Shown one piece after another: positions 16,635-25,826 of a stretch of 64,000 nucleotides of DNA. The stretch comes from Candidatus Moranbacteria bacterium GW2011_GWC2_40_12. GTDB lineage: Bacteria > Patescibacteriota > Minisyncoccia > Moranbacterales > UBA11712. The notes under the pieces are model-generated. The model searched no databases. It saw only the letters and a list, made by a program, of their open reading frames with translations, and had not been told where the DNA came from. The translations under genes and the position numbers were made by a program. Every line of letters begins with the position of its first letter. Within the stretch, counting starts at the first letter, position 1. Where the stretch lies: NCBI GenBank assembly GCA_000995965.1, contig LBYD01000002.1, positions 7,889 through 71,888 on the forward strand, read 5' to 3'.

Positions 16635-17741
16635 ATGAAAACAAAAAAAATCATTCTAGTTTTCTCGGCGATTGCGGCGGCAGTTTTTTTGTGCGGCGCT
16701 GATACAAAAAGTGCCGAAGCTAAAAAAACAAAGCGCAACTACAAAACTGCCAGTTTATTCAACGTTTCCGGCGACCAAACCAATGCCGACACAACAGCCG
16801 ATTACACGTTGTATGGATCACAATACCGGAACTTGTATCGGAAAATTTCCGTTCCGGGGCTCAAGATTTCCGATCCATTGCCTTTCCGAATATATGGACA
16901 AAGCAAAGCAGGAGCGCCGTATCCCGAAGGAAGTTGGGTAGCGAGTTCAAGTTATTCCATTGCCGACGGATATTTGTATCTTAAATATGGATACGGATAC
17001 GGCGGCCCAAATTGGTCTTATTATATTGGAAGCACCGGAGATTACCGGCTCTTCACTTATTATGGCGGAAAAAGCACGAAAAAAACCAAACGCCAATGCG
17101 CCCAAATTTTTGGTTTTTCGGTTTCCGGAGACGCCTCCAATGCCGACGCTTCAATTGTCTCCTCAAGCAGCAACCCGAACACGACCTTTCACTACCGAAA
17201 AATAGCCCTAAAGAATTTGAAATTGACAAACGTCCCCGACTACCAGATATACAAAAAGGACACGTATGATCCCGGATTGGGCAGTGAGTCATGGTCGCCG
17301 ACGAGCATCTATTTCTTTTCCGGCGGATATGGCTGGATTCTATATGGTTATTCCGGGAACGGACAATTCTATTCATCAAACACCGGGGATTTCCGTCTCT
17401 GTTTTCCCGAAAAAATCTCCAAAAAGAAAAGTTTCGCGAAACGCTATATTTTCTCCGTTTCCGGAGACGCGACGAATGCTGACGTTTCCCTTAATTCCGG
17501 GATGTTTACCCTCTATTATCGCAAAGTTTCTGTGCCAGGACTCAAAACCGACAATGAAATGAATATGCGCCTAATGAAAAAAAATAATTTCTTTTCAGGA
17601 TTTTCTGAAGAATCTTGGGGAGGCGCGGCTTATTATACGGATAACGGAGCGATTTATATCATGTATGGGAGCGAAGTTAATGCTACCGGCGTTTTCACTG
17701 ATACTGGAATCGGCAACTACCGTTTGTTTACTTATAAGTAA
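16635..17741 (+). CDS. secreted protein with three ~100-aa internal repeats (VSGD..NAD...YRK(I/V)..(P/K)GLK)
   Basis: Signal peptide; repeats start at roughly residues 40, 155 and 275, each beginning F(N/S)VSGDxxNAD. Confidence 0.55.
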   Translation: MKTKKIILVFSAIAAAVFLCGADTKSAEAKKTKRNYKTASLFNVSGDQTNADTTADYTLYGSQYRNLYRKISVPGLKISDPLPFRIYGQSKAGAPYPEGSWVASSSYSIADGYLYLKYGYGYGGPNWSYYIGSTGDYRLFTYYGGKSTKKTKRQCAQIFGFSVSGDASNADASIVSSSSNPNTTFHYRKIALKNLKLTNVPDYQIYKKDTYDPGLGSESWSPTSIYFFSGGYGWILYGYSGNGQFYSSNTGDFRLCFPEKISKKKSFAKRYIFSVSGDATNADVSLNSGMFTLYYRKVSVPGLKTDNEMNMRLMKKNNFFSGFSEESWGGAAYYTDNGAIYIMYGSEVNATGVFTDTGIGNYRLFTYK

Positions 17742-17753
17742 AATTTCAAAAAA

Positions 17754-19262
17754 ATGGCCAAAAACAAAAAAACAAACAGCCAAAACAACATCAAAAAACA
17801 GGTTTCGGCGCCAGAAGCGGAAAAGCAATTGCCCTCAAATAATAAAAGCGAGACAAAAAAGAGCAGGGGTTGCCTCACCTGCGGAATTGTCGCGGCGGTG
17901 GTTGCTGTTCTTGTCATCATCGGATTTATCGCACTCAGTATTTTGAGATTTTGGCTTCCGCCCACTTTTCTTTTCGGAATTATCAGCCAGCTAAAGGGAG
18001 TTGAAAATATCAGCCAGCTGTCTGACCTCGGTTCGAAAACATATTTATCCGGAAAAAAACAGCCGGTCGCAAACACGGCCAAAGCAGTCAAAAAAATGAT
18101 AACCGCGAAAGACGGTGGAAGCATCGAGGTGACGACTGAAAGCGGACTCACGACGACAATCATCATTCCTCCCGGCTCGCTTGAAGAAGACACGGAAATA
18201 GAACTCGCCCCAAATGAAAATATTCCTGACGGAACCGAAGATCCCGGCTCTACGGAAGACCCGGGAGTGACCGTCGGTCCGCCGGGAACCACATTCGATC
18301 CCGCGGCAACAATTGTTTTCAGCTACATCCCGACGCAATTGACCGGAAGCGTTGTTCCGGGCGCCGGTAGCGGATTCTCCCGACCTGCGACCGGAGAAAA
18401 TGAAAACAGAAATTCAGAAAGGCGCTTTCCGGACGACGCGGAGATAGTTGTGACAAGCGCCGGCGCTTCGAACCCTGCTCCAACCGAACACGCGGATGAC
18501 GGTTCGTCAATTTCCGGGCCAATCGGCGGATCAGGCGCGGCCGAGCCGGACAACCCGACCCCCGAAGAATCAGAAGATATGGCCGAAACCGCCGCCGCCG
18601 CTTCCGGTGGGACCTGTTCTCCTGAATTTTTGCAGGCGATGGCCGGCGCGTCCCAGGCTGGCGGTCCAGGTTCGCAAGCCGCCCAGGCCGCCATTCGCGA
18701 TTGCCTCAACACGGAGTGGCTCAACAATCTTTGCGTGAATGATCCGGTGAAACTGCGGCGAACTCATTTCGAACAGCGCCTGGTGATCGCCCGCCGCTTT
18801 AATTCTCAAGCTGCAGTCGCTATTGAAAGCCTTATGAACCAGTGCCAGGCTAAATACCGTTTCCGCGGCGAAGGAATCAATCCTGAATCAACCGCGGACG
18901 TGACAATATTCTCCTCCTTTGACGCAACCGTTTGCGGATATGTTGACGACGAGTGGACCGCCCATGAAATTTATCGGCTTAGCGGCGGCTATAATACAGT
19001 CCATTCCATTGAAGGAACGGGCGAATTCAGCCTTCCGTCCGGCGGAGGATCTTTTGCCGGTACCGCCCATGGAGAAAATCAAATGGCTGTCGTTGGACAG
19101 GGAGTGGCCATTCCCAATTTCGACGCAGGCTTTCATGGATATTTCGACGGAATAAAAACTATCCAAAACCTTTATCTGGCCCCGGCCGGCGTGGTTGTTT
19201 CCAGCGCCCCAATTGAGCTTCAGGGAAAAGACTGTGTCCCGCTGGCTCCCCTTCCTAGATAA
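17754..19262 (+). CDS. hypothetical membrane-anchored protein with low-complexity Gly/Ser/Pro/Glu-rich middle (502 aa)
   Basis: Lys-rich N-terminus, one TM helix, low-complexity linker, Cys-containing C-terminal domain. Confidence 0.45.
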   Translation: MAKNKKTNSQNNIKKQVSAPEAEKQLPSNNKSETKKSRGCLTCGIVAAVVAVLVIIGFIALSILRFWLPPTFLFGIISQLKGVENISQLSDLGSKTYLSGKKQPVANTAKAVKKMITAKDGGSIEVTTESGLTTTIIIPPGSLEEDTEIELAPNENIPDGTEDPGSTEDPGVTVGPPGTTFDPAATIVFSYIPTQLTGSVVPGAGSGFSRPATGENENRNSERRFPDDAEIVVTSAGASNPAPTEHADDGSSISGPIGGSGAAEPDNPTPEESEDMAETAAAASGGTCSPEFLQAMAGASQAGGPGSQAAQAAIRDCLNTEWLNNLCVNDPVKLRRTHFEQRLVIARRFNSQAAVAIESLMNQCQAKYRFRGEGINPESTADVTIFSSFDATVCGYVDDEWTAHEIYRLSGGYNTVHSIEGTGEFSLPSGGGSFAGTAHGENQMAVVGQGVAIPNFDAGFHGYFDGIKTIQNLYLAPAGVVVSSAPIELQGKDCVPLAPLPR

Positions 19263-19394
19263 ACATCGTCTCCAAATATCCGACGTTTGGAGGATAATGT
19301 TGAGAGAGTATAAAGCAATTTGTTTTTAATAAAAAATGAAGGCCCCCCGGATCTGCCGGAAGGCCTCTTTTTTCAAAGTTTGTCGCCGATTGGC

Positions 19395-20264
19395 TCATCG
19401 GCGGATGATGGAGTATGCAATGAGCGAAAATTCACCGTTCCAAACGAGCGGTAGTCCGTCGAGGACTTTGAGGGACTCTCGATATATCAAGTTCGTGAGC
19501 AACGGACCGTTGGGTATCGCTGCAAAATCCATACTTGCGACCACTTTCCGAAAGGCAATTTGCAAGAGGATGTCAAATTGGTCGAGATGCAGCTCACCAT
19601 GTTTAGCGTAATCCAGGATGGCTTCTCGTTTAGGCGGCACAAGCACTTTGCTCTCGGTCTTGATGGCAACCGGAACATTGTCTCGCGTATGGCCGGTTAG
19701 GGTTGCCATCCGAGTGATCCTGTCATTATTGATCCAGATGACCGGAGCAAAGGGGCTCGAAAAAACGAAAGTGCCGTCGAGAGGGACGACCTTCTCGCTA
19801 ACCACGGCATATTTGGCTCTTAGCTCCGGCCAAGGATATTTCACCGTGATGATCGAAGAAAATATCAGCGGGACGATTCCCAAAACGACAATCAAATAAG
19901 CGTGGGCACTCAATGGAAGGACCCAGCTTTCTTGCCAGGACTCCTCCCTACGCAGTCTGCCCAATCTCATGACTTTATTGTAGGCTTTTTCGGCATCAAT
20001 ATTATCAATCAGGATGTATTTGAAGAGCTGAGAGATTGGGAGAATATAGCAATTGAAAAGCCAGAGGTGCAGGATCATAAAAGCAAAGCCCGCTCCGTAT
20101 CCCGCCCAGACCATGATATTTCCCCGAGCCGCTCCGGTCACTAAATTGACCGCAAACAAGGCCCAGAAATAGAAAATAAGCATGCCCCGACTGGTCCAAA
20201 AGTCAGCGACGTTCAAAAAAATATTCCGACCAATTGCCGCATAATTCTTGATGGCGACGACCAT
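19395..20264 (-). CDS. hypothetical polytopic membrane protein (289 aa)
   Basis: Multiple TM helices; no family recognised. Confidence 0.45.
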   Translation of the reverse strand: MVVAIKNYAAIGRNIFLNVADFWTSRGMLIFYFWALFAVNLVTGAARGNIMVWAGYGAGFAFMILHLWLFNCYILPISQLFKYILIDNIDAEKAYNKVMRLGRLRREESWQESWVLPLSAHAYLIVVLGIVPLIFSSIITVKYPWPELRAKYAVVSEKVVPLDGTFVFSSPFAPVIWINNDRITRMATLTGHTRDNVPVAIKTESKVLVPPKREAILDYAKHGELHLDQFDILLQIAFRKVVASMDFAAIPNGPLLTNLIYRESLKVLDGLPLVWNGEFSLIAYSIIRR

Positions 20265-20488
20265 GGTGCATTTTCCTCCTTATAGGGGATACTGGATTAT
20301 TTTTCACCTTTTTGGGCAATATTGGACAATATTGCGTAATTTTAAGTGGATTTAAGGAACATTTCAACTGCCCAGAAACTATCATGTCTGCGATTATCTG
20401 TAAAGATTGCCTCAAGGAAGTATAAAAAAGCAGGCCGAGTACCTGCTTTTTTGTATAGCGGAAATTGGATTATTAAATTATATCGAAA

Positions 20489-21325
20489 TCACCGATATTT
20501 ATTGATCTCATCCCTCAATTTCTTTGCTTCCTCCACTGGGTTTTCGGCGAAGATTATCCCCCGCGAAGAATTGATGATGAGTCCTTTTTTTTCGGAATTC
20601 ACGCCCGATTTCACTGCCGCTTCCACATCGCCGCCCTGCGCCCCGATACCGGGCATGAGAATAGTCATGTCGCCTATTATTTTCCGGGCTTCTCTGGCTT
20701 CCTTGGGAACTGTCGCTCCGACCATAAGTAGGCAGTTGTTATTGAAATTCCAGTCCCCTTGCGTTTTTTCAGCCACAATTTGCCAGAGTGGTTTGCCCTC
20801 AATTACTAGATCCTGCAGTTCTCCCGCCCCAGGATTTGAAGACCGGCATAATATTATACATCCTTTATCGGCGCGATTTAAAAAAGGCATGAGGGATTCT
20901 TTTCCAAAATAAGGATGCATAGTGATCGCGTCAAAATTGAGCCAGTCAAAAAGTTCCTCAACGTAACCATTGTTTGTGTTCCCAATGTCTCCGCGCTTGG
21001 AATCACAAACTCGAAAAATATCCGGATAGTTTTCGACAAGATAATCCTGCGTCATCTTGAGTTCCCGAAGCCCCCGGTCGCCCCGCGCGTCATAAAAAGC
21101 GATGTTCGCTTTGAAAGCGGCCGCGTATTCATGAGTCTGGTCAATGATCCACTTGTTGAACTCAAACTGCGGATTTTCCATTTTCTTGAACTTTTCCGGA
21201 ATTTTTTCAAAGTCGGAATCAATCCCCACGCAAACAAGCGAATTCACTTTGTCCGCCCGCTGGTTGTATTTGTCAACGATTGGCATAGTATAAAAATTAC
21301 AAATTATTACATCATTGTCTAGCAA
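20489..21325 (-). CDS. pyrF: orotidine 5'-phosphate decarboxylase, type 2
   Basis: LVCVGIDSD (LCVGLDP-like) and ILMPGIGAQGGD motifs. Confidence 0.9.
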   Translation of the reverse strand: MLDNDVIICNFYTMPIVDKYNQRADKVNSLVCVGIDSDFEKIPEKFKKMENPQFEFNKWIIDQTHEYAAAFKANIAFYDARGDRGLRELKMTQDYLVENYPDIFRVCDSKRGDIGNTNNGYVEELFDWLNFDAITMHPYFGKESLMPFLNRADKGCIILCRSSNPGAGELQDLVIEGKPLWQIVAEKTQGDWNFNNNCLLMVGATVPKEAREARKIIGDMTILMPGIGAQGGDVEAAVKSGVNSEKKGLIINSSRGIIFAENPVEEAKKLRDEINKYR

Positions 21326-21326
21326 A

Positions 21327-21356
21327 ATATATCAGTAAACTAGAATACTGATATAT
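21327..21356. repeat. Family-3 palindrome ATATATCAGTA-N8-TACTGATATAT between pyrE and pyrF
   Basis: Perfect 11-bp arms; a near-identical copy lies at 38892-38921. Confidence 0.45.
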
Positions 21357-21357
21357 T

Positions 21358-22005
21358 TTATTTCCCAAATCCATATTTCCCTGCCCAGTCCCAGGGGTCG
21401 GAGAGCCAGTCCTCAACTATTTTTTTCACATCCTCGATGATGATCTTCATTTCCACAGCCTGCTGAAAAATAACCGGAAAAGACGTGAGGGTATGCAAAT
21501 TCACTTTCGCTTTTTCGAAATTTTCTTTGGCTTCCTTGAATTCATAACTCACGATTACCAGGCAATCATCAACAGTCGCGCCTTCCTCCCGCAAAGCTTC
21601 GACTCCCGAAAGGCTGCTTCCGCCGGTAGAAACAAGATCCTCGACAAGCAGAATTTTTTTCCCTTTCACTTCTCCGCCTTCAACTCTTTTTCCTTTGCCG
21701 TGCCCTTTGGCTTCTTTTCTGATGAAAATAGAAGGTTTTTGCATTTTGAATCCCAAAACCGCGCTATACGGTATTCCACCCACCGCGATTCCGGCAACCA
21801 TATCAAAATCAATCTTTTTTTCTTTCACGAGATTCTCAAAACCCTCGATCACCACCTGAAATTTTTCCGGATAAGACGGAAAAATGCGATTATCCACATA
21901 AACAGGGGAAATCAGACCTGATTTGAAAGTGAGCGGCTCTTTTGGTTTGAACCCCACCGCGCCGATTTCGAGAAGCGCCCGCGCGATTTCTTTTTGAAAA
22001 TCCAT
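21358..22005 (-). CDS. pyrE: orotate phosphoribosyltransferase
   Basis: PRPP-binding ILLVEDLVSTGGS motif and overall PyrE pattern. Confidence 0.95.
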   Translation of the reverse strand: MDFQKEIARALLEIGAVGFKPKEPLTFKSGLISPVYVDNRIFPSYPEKFQVVIEGFENLVKEKKIDFDMVAGIAVGGIPYSAVLGFKMQKPSIFIRKEAKGHGKGKRVEGGEVKGKKILLVEDLVSTGGSSLSGVEALREEGATVDDCLVIVSYEFKEAKENFEKAKVNLHTLTSFPVIFQQAVEMKIIIEDVKKIVEDWLSDPWDWAGKYGFGK

Positions 22006-22046
22006 TTTATTAGGAATTAGATATTAGGAATTATAAATTTTCTTGA

Positions 22047-22682
22047 TTATATCTCCTCAAAATTCGCCGTTCGGGGAATCAGCTTGATCGTCGGGACGCT
22101 CAAGGTGCTGATGACAAATTTGATCAAGATATTCGCGAGTACGATCTGCAGGACAGTCGAAAGAGGCAAGGCGCCGAGAAAGGCGATGAAGCTGAAAATT
22201 AAGCTATCCGCGACCAGTCCGACAGTATTCGATAAAAATACAGCCAAGGTATCGTTAAACTTTTTATATACTCTACTAAATATTTCTGTATCTATCAATT
22301 CCGAAATAACTTGCGCGATGATGCTCGCGAGAACTATCCTCCCCACCGGAAGAAGAATCTGATCGTACGCTCTTTGGAATTGCCAAGTCGGATCGGGCGT
22401 CATTTTTCCCACCAGCCAAAAGAGGCCGAACATGACGGCGTTCAAGGACGCGGCGATGATGATCACCTGCCGCGCGTCTTTTTTGCCGTGCGTTTTGTGG
22501 ACAAAATCCCGCAGGGTGAAGGTGAGGGGATAAATCACCGTTCCCCCATCAATTGCGAGATTCAGATATGGCAAAAGAGCTATTTTGGTCGAAAGCACGT
22601 TTGCAAAAAACTGGAAGGAAACATAAAGCGAACTCGACAGCAGAAAGATATTTATTTTTCTCCCAGAGACGAACTTTGCCAT
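22047..22682 (-). CDS. YhhQ/DUF165 family queuosine-precursor (preQ0/preQ1) transporter
   Basis: YPLTFTLRDFVHKTHGKKDARQVI and FSRVYKKFNDTLAVFLSNTVGLVADSLIF align with conserved YhhQ blocks. Confidence 0.7.
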   Translation of the reverse strand: MAKFVSGRKINIFLLSSSLYVSFQFFANVLSTKIALLPYLNLAIDGGTVIYPLTFTLRDFVHKTHGKKDARQVIIIAASLNAVMFGLFWLVGKMTPDPTWQFQRAYDQILLPVGRIVLASIIAQVISELIDTEIFSRVYKKFNDTLAVFLSNTVGLVADSLIFSFIAFLGALPLSTVLQIVLANILIKFVISTLSVPTIKLIPRTANFEEI

Positions 22683-22683
22683 A

Positions 22684-23688
22684 TTATTTTGGTCCTTTGA
22701 GCATTATCGCAAGACCCTTTGCCGAATAGGCGCAACGGGGATTCGGCCATTCATCCGGATCGGGACAGCAGTCCTCGTCCATATGCCTGCCCTTTGTTTT
22801 GCTTTTGCGGGGATTGTCTTTTTTGTGGGCGCAAGTGGCGCCGGAGGTATAGCGGACTTTTGGGGCGGCGGCGGCTTTCTGGATGGCTTTTTTTGAAATT
22901 TGGGCAATACTTTGCGTTTCAACTTCCGCGAAATCAAGCGTTGAAACAACGTCATAGAATTCAGGAAAATTCCGTAGTATATCGATCTTTTTTCGGTCCT
23001 CAAAAATATTCGCGCTTCCTTCCTGGCGGGGAACAATATTGAAGGTATATCCGTTTTTCGTGAGGCTGTAGAAAAAAGTTTCTTCCCAGCAGGGATTATC
23101 GACTGAGACGTTTGCCTCTTTGGCCTGATAGGCTTTTTCTCCCAAGGTTATGTCATCGAAATGCGGGCATTTTTCTTCCGAAACATCTTCATTTTTCTTT
23201 TTCAAATTGTCCGTCCCGATTGGACCGGGAAATTTTGCGGCGCTATAAACAAAAACATCAAAACCCTTCACGCCGTCCGCGCTCGCAATGCCTTTTTCGT
23301 CGAAAGCTATTTTTTGAAGATAGCTTTCTCCTTTGGCGGCGGAGCTTTCGCGCGCGTTTTGCCAATTTTTTGGATACTTCAGGGAAACTCTGTATTTTTG
23401 ACTCTTATATGTTTTCCAATCGGCGGTCGGATCAGGAGCCGGGGCTAGGTTTACCGTGAGTCCGGAAAGGCGGCGAAATTCGTCTTCATAGGCGCTGTGG
23501 CGCTTTTTTTTTGCTTCGTTCAGATTTTCATAGCGGGCAAATTGGGCCAATAGCACGGCCAAAACGAAAGAAACACCTCCAATGGCGATAATCATCGAAA
23601 GGGCGGTGATATTTTCCCGTTTTATAAAATTAGGAAGATGTTTCTTTATTATTTTTTTCATTTTTGTATAATGTCTATAACATAACAC
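22684..23688 (-). CDS. membrane-anchored protein with conserved C-terminal Cys motif (family member A)
   Basis: N-terminal TM helix; C-terminus ...GATCAHKKDNPRKSKTKGRHMDEDCCPDPDEWPNPRCAYSAKGLAIMLKGPK shared with 31645-32244 and 43387-44403; body homologous to 43387-44403. Confidence 0.55.
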   Translation of the reverse strand: MLCYRHYTKMKKIIKKHLPNFIKRENITALSMIIAIGGVSFVLAVLLAQFARYENLNEAKKKRHSAYEDEFRRLSGLTVNLAPAPDPTADWKTYKSQKYRVSLKYPKNWQNARESSAAKGESYLQKIAFDEKGIASADGVKGFDVFVYSAAKFPGPIGTDNLKKKNEDVSEEKCPHFDDITLGEKAYQAKEANVSVDNPCWEETFFYSLTKNGYTFNIVPRQEGSANIFEDRKKIDILRNFPEFYDVVSTLDFAEVETQSIAQISKKAIQKAAAAPKVRYTSGATCAHKKDNPRKSKTKGRHMDEDCCPDPDEWPNPRCAYSAKGLAIMLKGPK

Positions 23689-23818
23689 TTATAAAGATTA
23701 TAACAAAAAAACACCCGCTTGTTTACTTCGTATCAATTTTCCTTGTATAAAATACATCCTTGTTTTTTGGATATATTTTGGAAAATTTTGTGCGGGGTTG
23801 AGCGAGTGCCTTGCATTT

Positions 23819-24577
23819 TCATTCAATCACCGTTCCGACTTTTTCCCCAAGCAGCGCTTTCTCGAGAGCGCCTTTTTTGTAGGTATCGAAAACGACAATT
23901 TTGAGGCCGTTCCGCATGCAAAGCTCCACGGCCGCTTTGTCCATCACTTTTATTTTGTCGTTTTTAAACGCTTCTTTGAAGGAAAGAGCGCTATATTTTT
24001 TTGCCTTCGGATTTTTGACCGGATCGTCCGAGTATACCCCGTCCACCTTGGTGGCTTTGAAAACCGCGTCGCATCCGAGCTCGAGCCCCCGCATGGCCGC
24101 GCCGGTGTCCGTGGTGATGAAAGGAAGTCCCGTTCCGCCCCCCAATACTACGATTCGCCCTTTTTCCATGTGGCGGATGGCCTTTTTGCGGATGAAATTT
24201 TCTGCGATTTGCTTCATTTCAATGGCCGTTTGGAGCCGGACAACCGCACCCTTTTTCTCGAGCGCGTCCTGAAGCGCCATGGCGTTGAAAATTGTCGCCA
24301 GCATCCCCATATAGTGGGCCGTCGCTTCGTCCATTCCTCGCTTCGATCCAGCCACTCCGCGAAAAATATTCCCGCCGCCGGTGACAATGGCAATCTGGAC
24401 TCCCAGCTTGTGCGCCGATACAATTTCGGACGCGAGATAGGAAATGAACTCCGGATCAATTCCGAACTCCCGCTTTCCGCGCATCGCTTCGCCGGAGAGT
24501 TTCAGAAGGATGCGTTTGTATTTGGTCTTCTTTTTTCCTTTGGCCATAAATTTTTGCAATGATTGGTTAAAAAACAA
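23819..24577 (-). CDS. pyrH: UMP kinase
   Basis: KRILLKLSGEA, VTGGGNIFRG and VVLGGGTG motifs; the true start may be the Met 10 codons downstream (24547). Confidence 0.9.
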   Translation of the reverse strand: MFFNQSLQKFMAKGKKKTKYKRILLKLSGEAMRGKREFGIDPEFISYLASEIVSAHKLGVQIAIVTGGGNIFRGVAGSKRGMDEATAHYMGMLATIFNAMALQDALEKKGAVVRLQTAIEMKQIAENFIRKKAIRHMEKGRIVVLGGGTGLPFITTDTGAAMRGLELGCDAVFKATKVDGVYSDDPVKNPKAKKYSALSFKEAFKNDKIKVMDKAAVELCMRNGLKIVVFDTYKKGALEKALLGEKVGTVIE

Positions 24578-24646
24578 CTGCGGAAATCCCCACAGTGACT
24601 AATAGAATAATACTTTATTGGAAATATAAGTCAAACTTGGGTATTT

Positions 24647-25390
24647 TCAAATATCGACAACCATATCATCTTTTGCCGCGAAAGTATTTTTAAATATAAT
24701 CCTCGCCACTTTTTCGGCCCGGCGGCGGTCTTTGCCTGCCGTATATTTATTGGCCGCGAAGTGAGTCAGAAAAAGTTTTTTGCACTGCGCCTTTTTTGCA
24801 ATTCCGGCCGCTTCTTCGGGATTGGAATGCCCCCACTTCCCCGAGACAAATTTGGGCGCAGCCGCGCATTCATGAATCAAAATGTCGGCATTTCGGGCAA
24901 GACGGATTGAATTTCTTGAGACGCCGGTGTCCGAGCAATAGGCTACGGTTTTGCCATCCAAAGTTATTCTGTATCCAAAGGACGGGTCGATATGATAGAG
25001 CTTTTTATACTCGGAAGGAAAAGGAATTTCACGGCAATCTTTTGAAAGTTCTTTTATTTTCACGTTCAATTTCATTTCTCGAAAAGGCATCGCGTAGGGA
25101 TGGTCAATCACTTTCATAAGGTTCTTTTTCAATCCTTTTGGACAAGAAATATTGATTTCATTTTTGAATTTGAATTTGGGAAAGATATGAAAGCCGAAAA
25201 TATGATCCAGGTGTAAGTGACTCAAAAAAAGAAAAATTGGCTTTTTTGACTTTATGCGGGTTGGGAGCTTGTAGATCCCGTTTCCGGCATCAAAAATGAT
25301 ATAATATTTTTCGCTTTCAAGAAGAGCGCATACGGTGTTTCCTATTTTATTATCGTACCAGCCGTTTGTGCCGAGAAATGTCAGTTTCAT
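24647..25390 (-). CDS. MBL-fold metallo-hydrolase (RNase Z/BN-like)
   Basis: HLHLDH metal-binding motif. Confidence 0.75.
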   Translation of the reverse strand: MKLTFLGTNGWYDNKIGNTVCALLESEKYYIIFDAGNGIYKLPTRIKSKKPIFLFLSHLHLDHIFGFHIFPKFKFKNEINISCPKGLKKNLMKVIDHPYAMPFREMKLNVKIKELSKDCREIPFPSEYKKLYHIDPSFGYRITLDGKTVAYCSDTGVSRNSIRLARNADILIHECAAAPKFVSGKWGHSNPEEAAGIAKKAQCKKLFLTHFAANKYTAGKDRRRAEKVARIIFKNTFAAKDDMVVDI

Positions 25391-25452
25391 AAATTATTTT
25401 AATACTAACTTTTTATGCATATGAATAAAAAGTTAGTCTACTGATAAAAATA

Positions 25453-25818
25453 TCATTTTTTATTTTTTCTTTCGTTCGTTTTGTATCCCGTATCTTCCGA
25501 CCAGACAAGATAGATTTTTTTCTTGAATCCGCCTTTTTTGACGGAGTTTTCTTTTTGCTTTTTCCGAAGGCACGAGGGCTTGATTTTCCAGTGCCGCCGA
25601 ATTTCTTCGGCCACATCCAAAACATCCGCCAGTTCTTCGATTATTTCAGATTTATTTTTCGCCGAGAATAATCCGCTCGCTTCTTCGCTGACTTTTTTCA
25701 ATAATTCTTTTTCGAATTCCCTTTTGCCAAGTTTTCGCACCTCATACGCCGCCCCAACCCGCATCATTTTGGCGGGGATTTTGTCTCGGATAAGTTTTCG
25801 GTAATATATTTTTTTCAT
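25453..25818 (-). CDS. MazG-like / phosphoribosyl-ATP pyrophosphohydrolase-like NTP pyrophosphatase
   Basis: YRKLIRDKIP N-terminal motif typical of this small all-alpha NTP-PPase family. Confidence 0.6.
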   Translation of the reverse strand: MKKIYYRKLIRDKIPAKMMRVGAAYEVRKLGKREFEKELLKKVSEEASGLFSAKNKSEIIEELADVLDVAEEIRRHWKIKPSCLRKKQKENSVKKGGFKKKIYLVWSEDTGYKTNERKNKK

Positions 25819-25826
25819 ATTCTATT

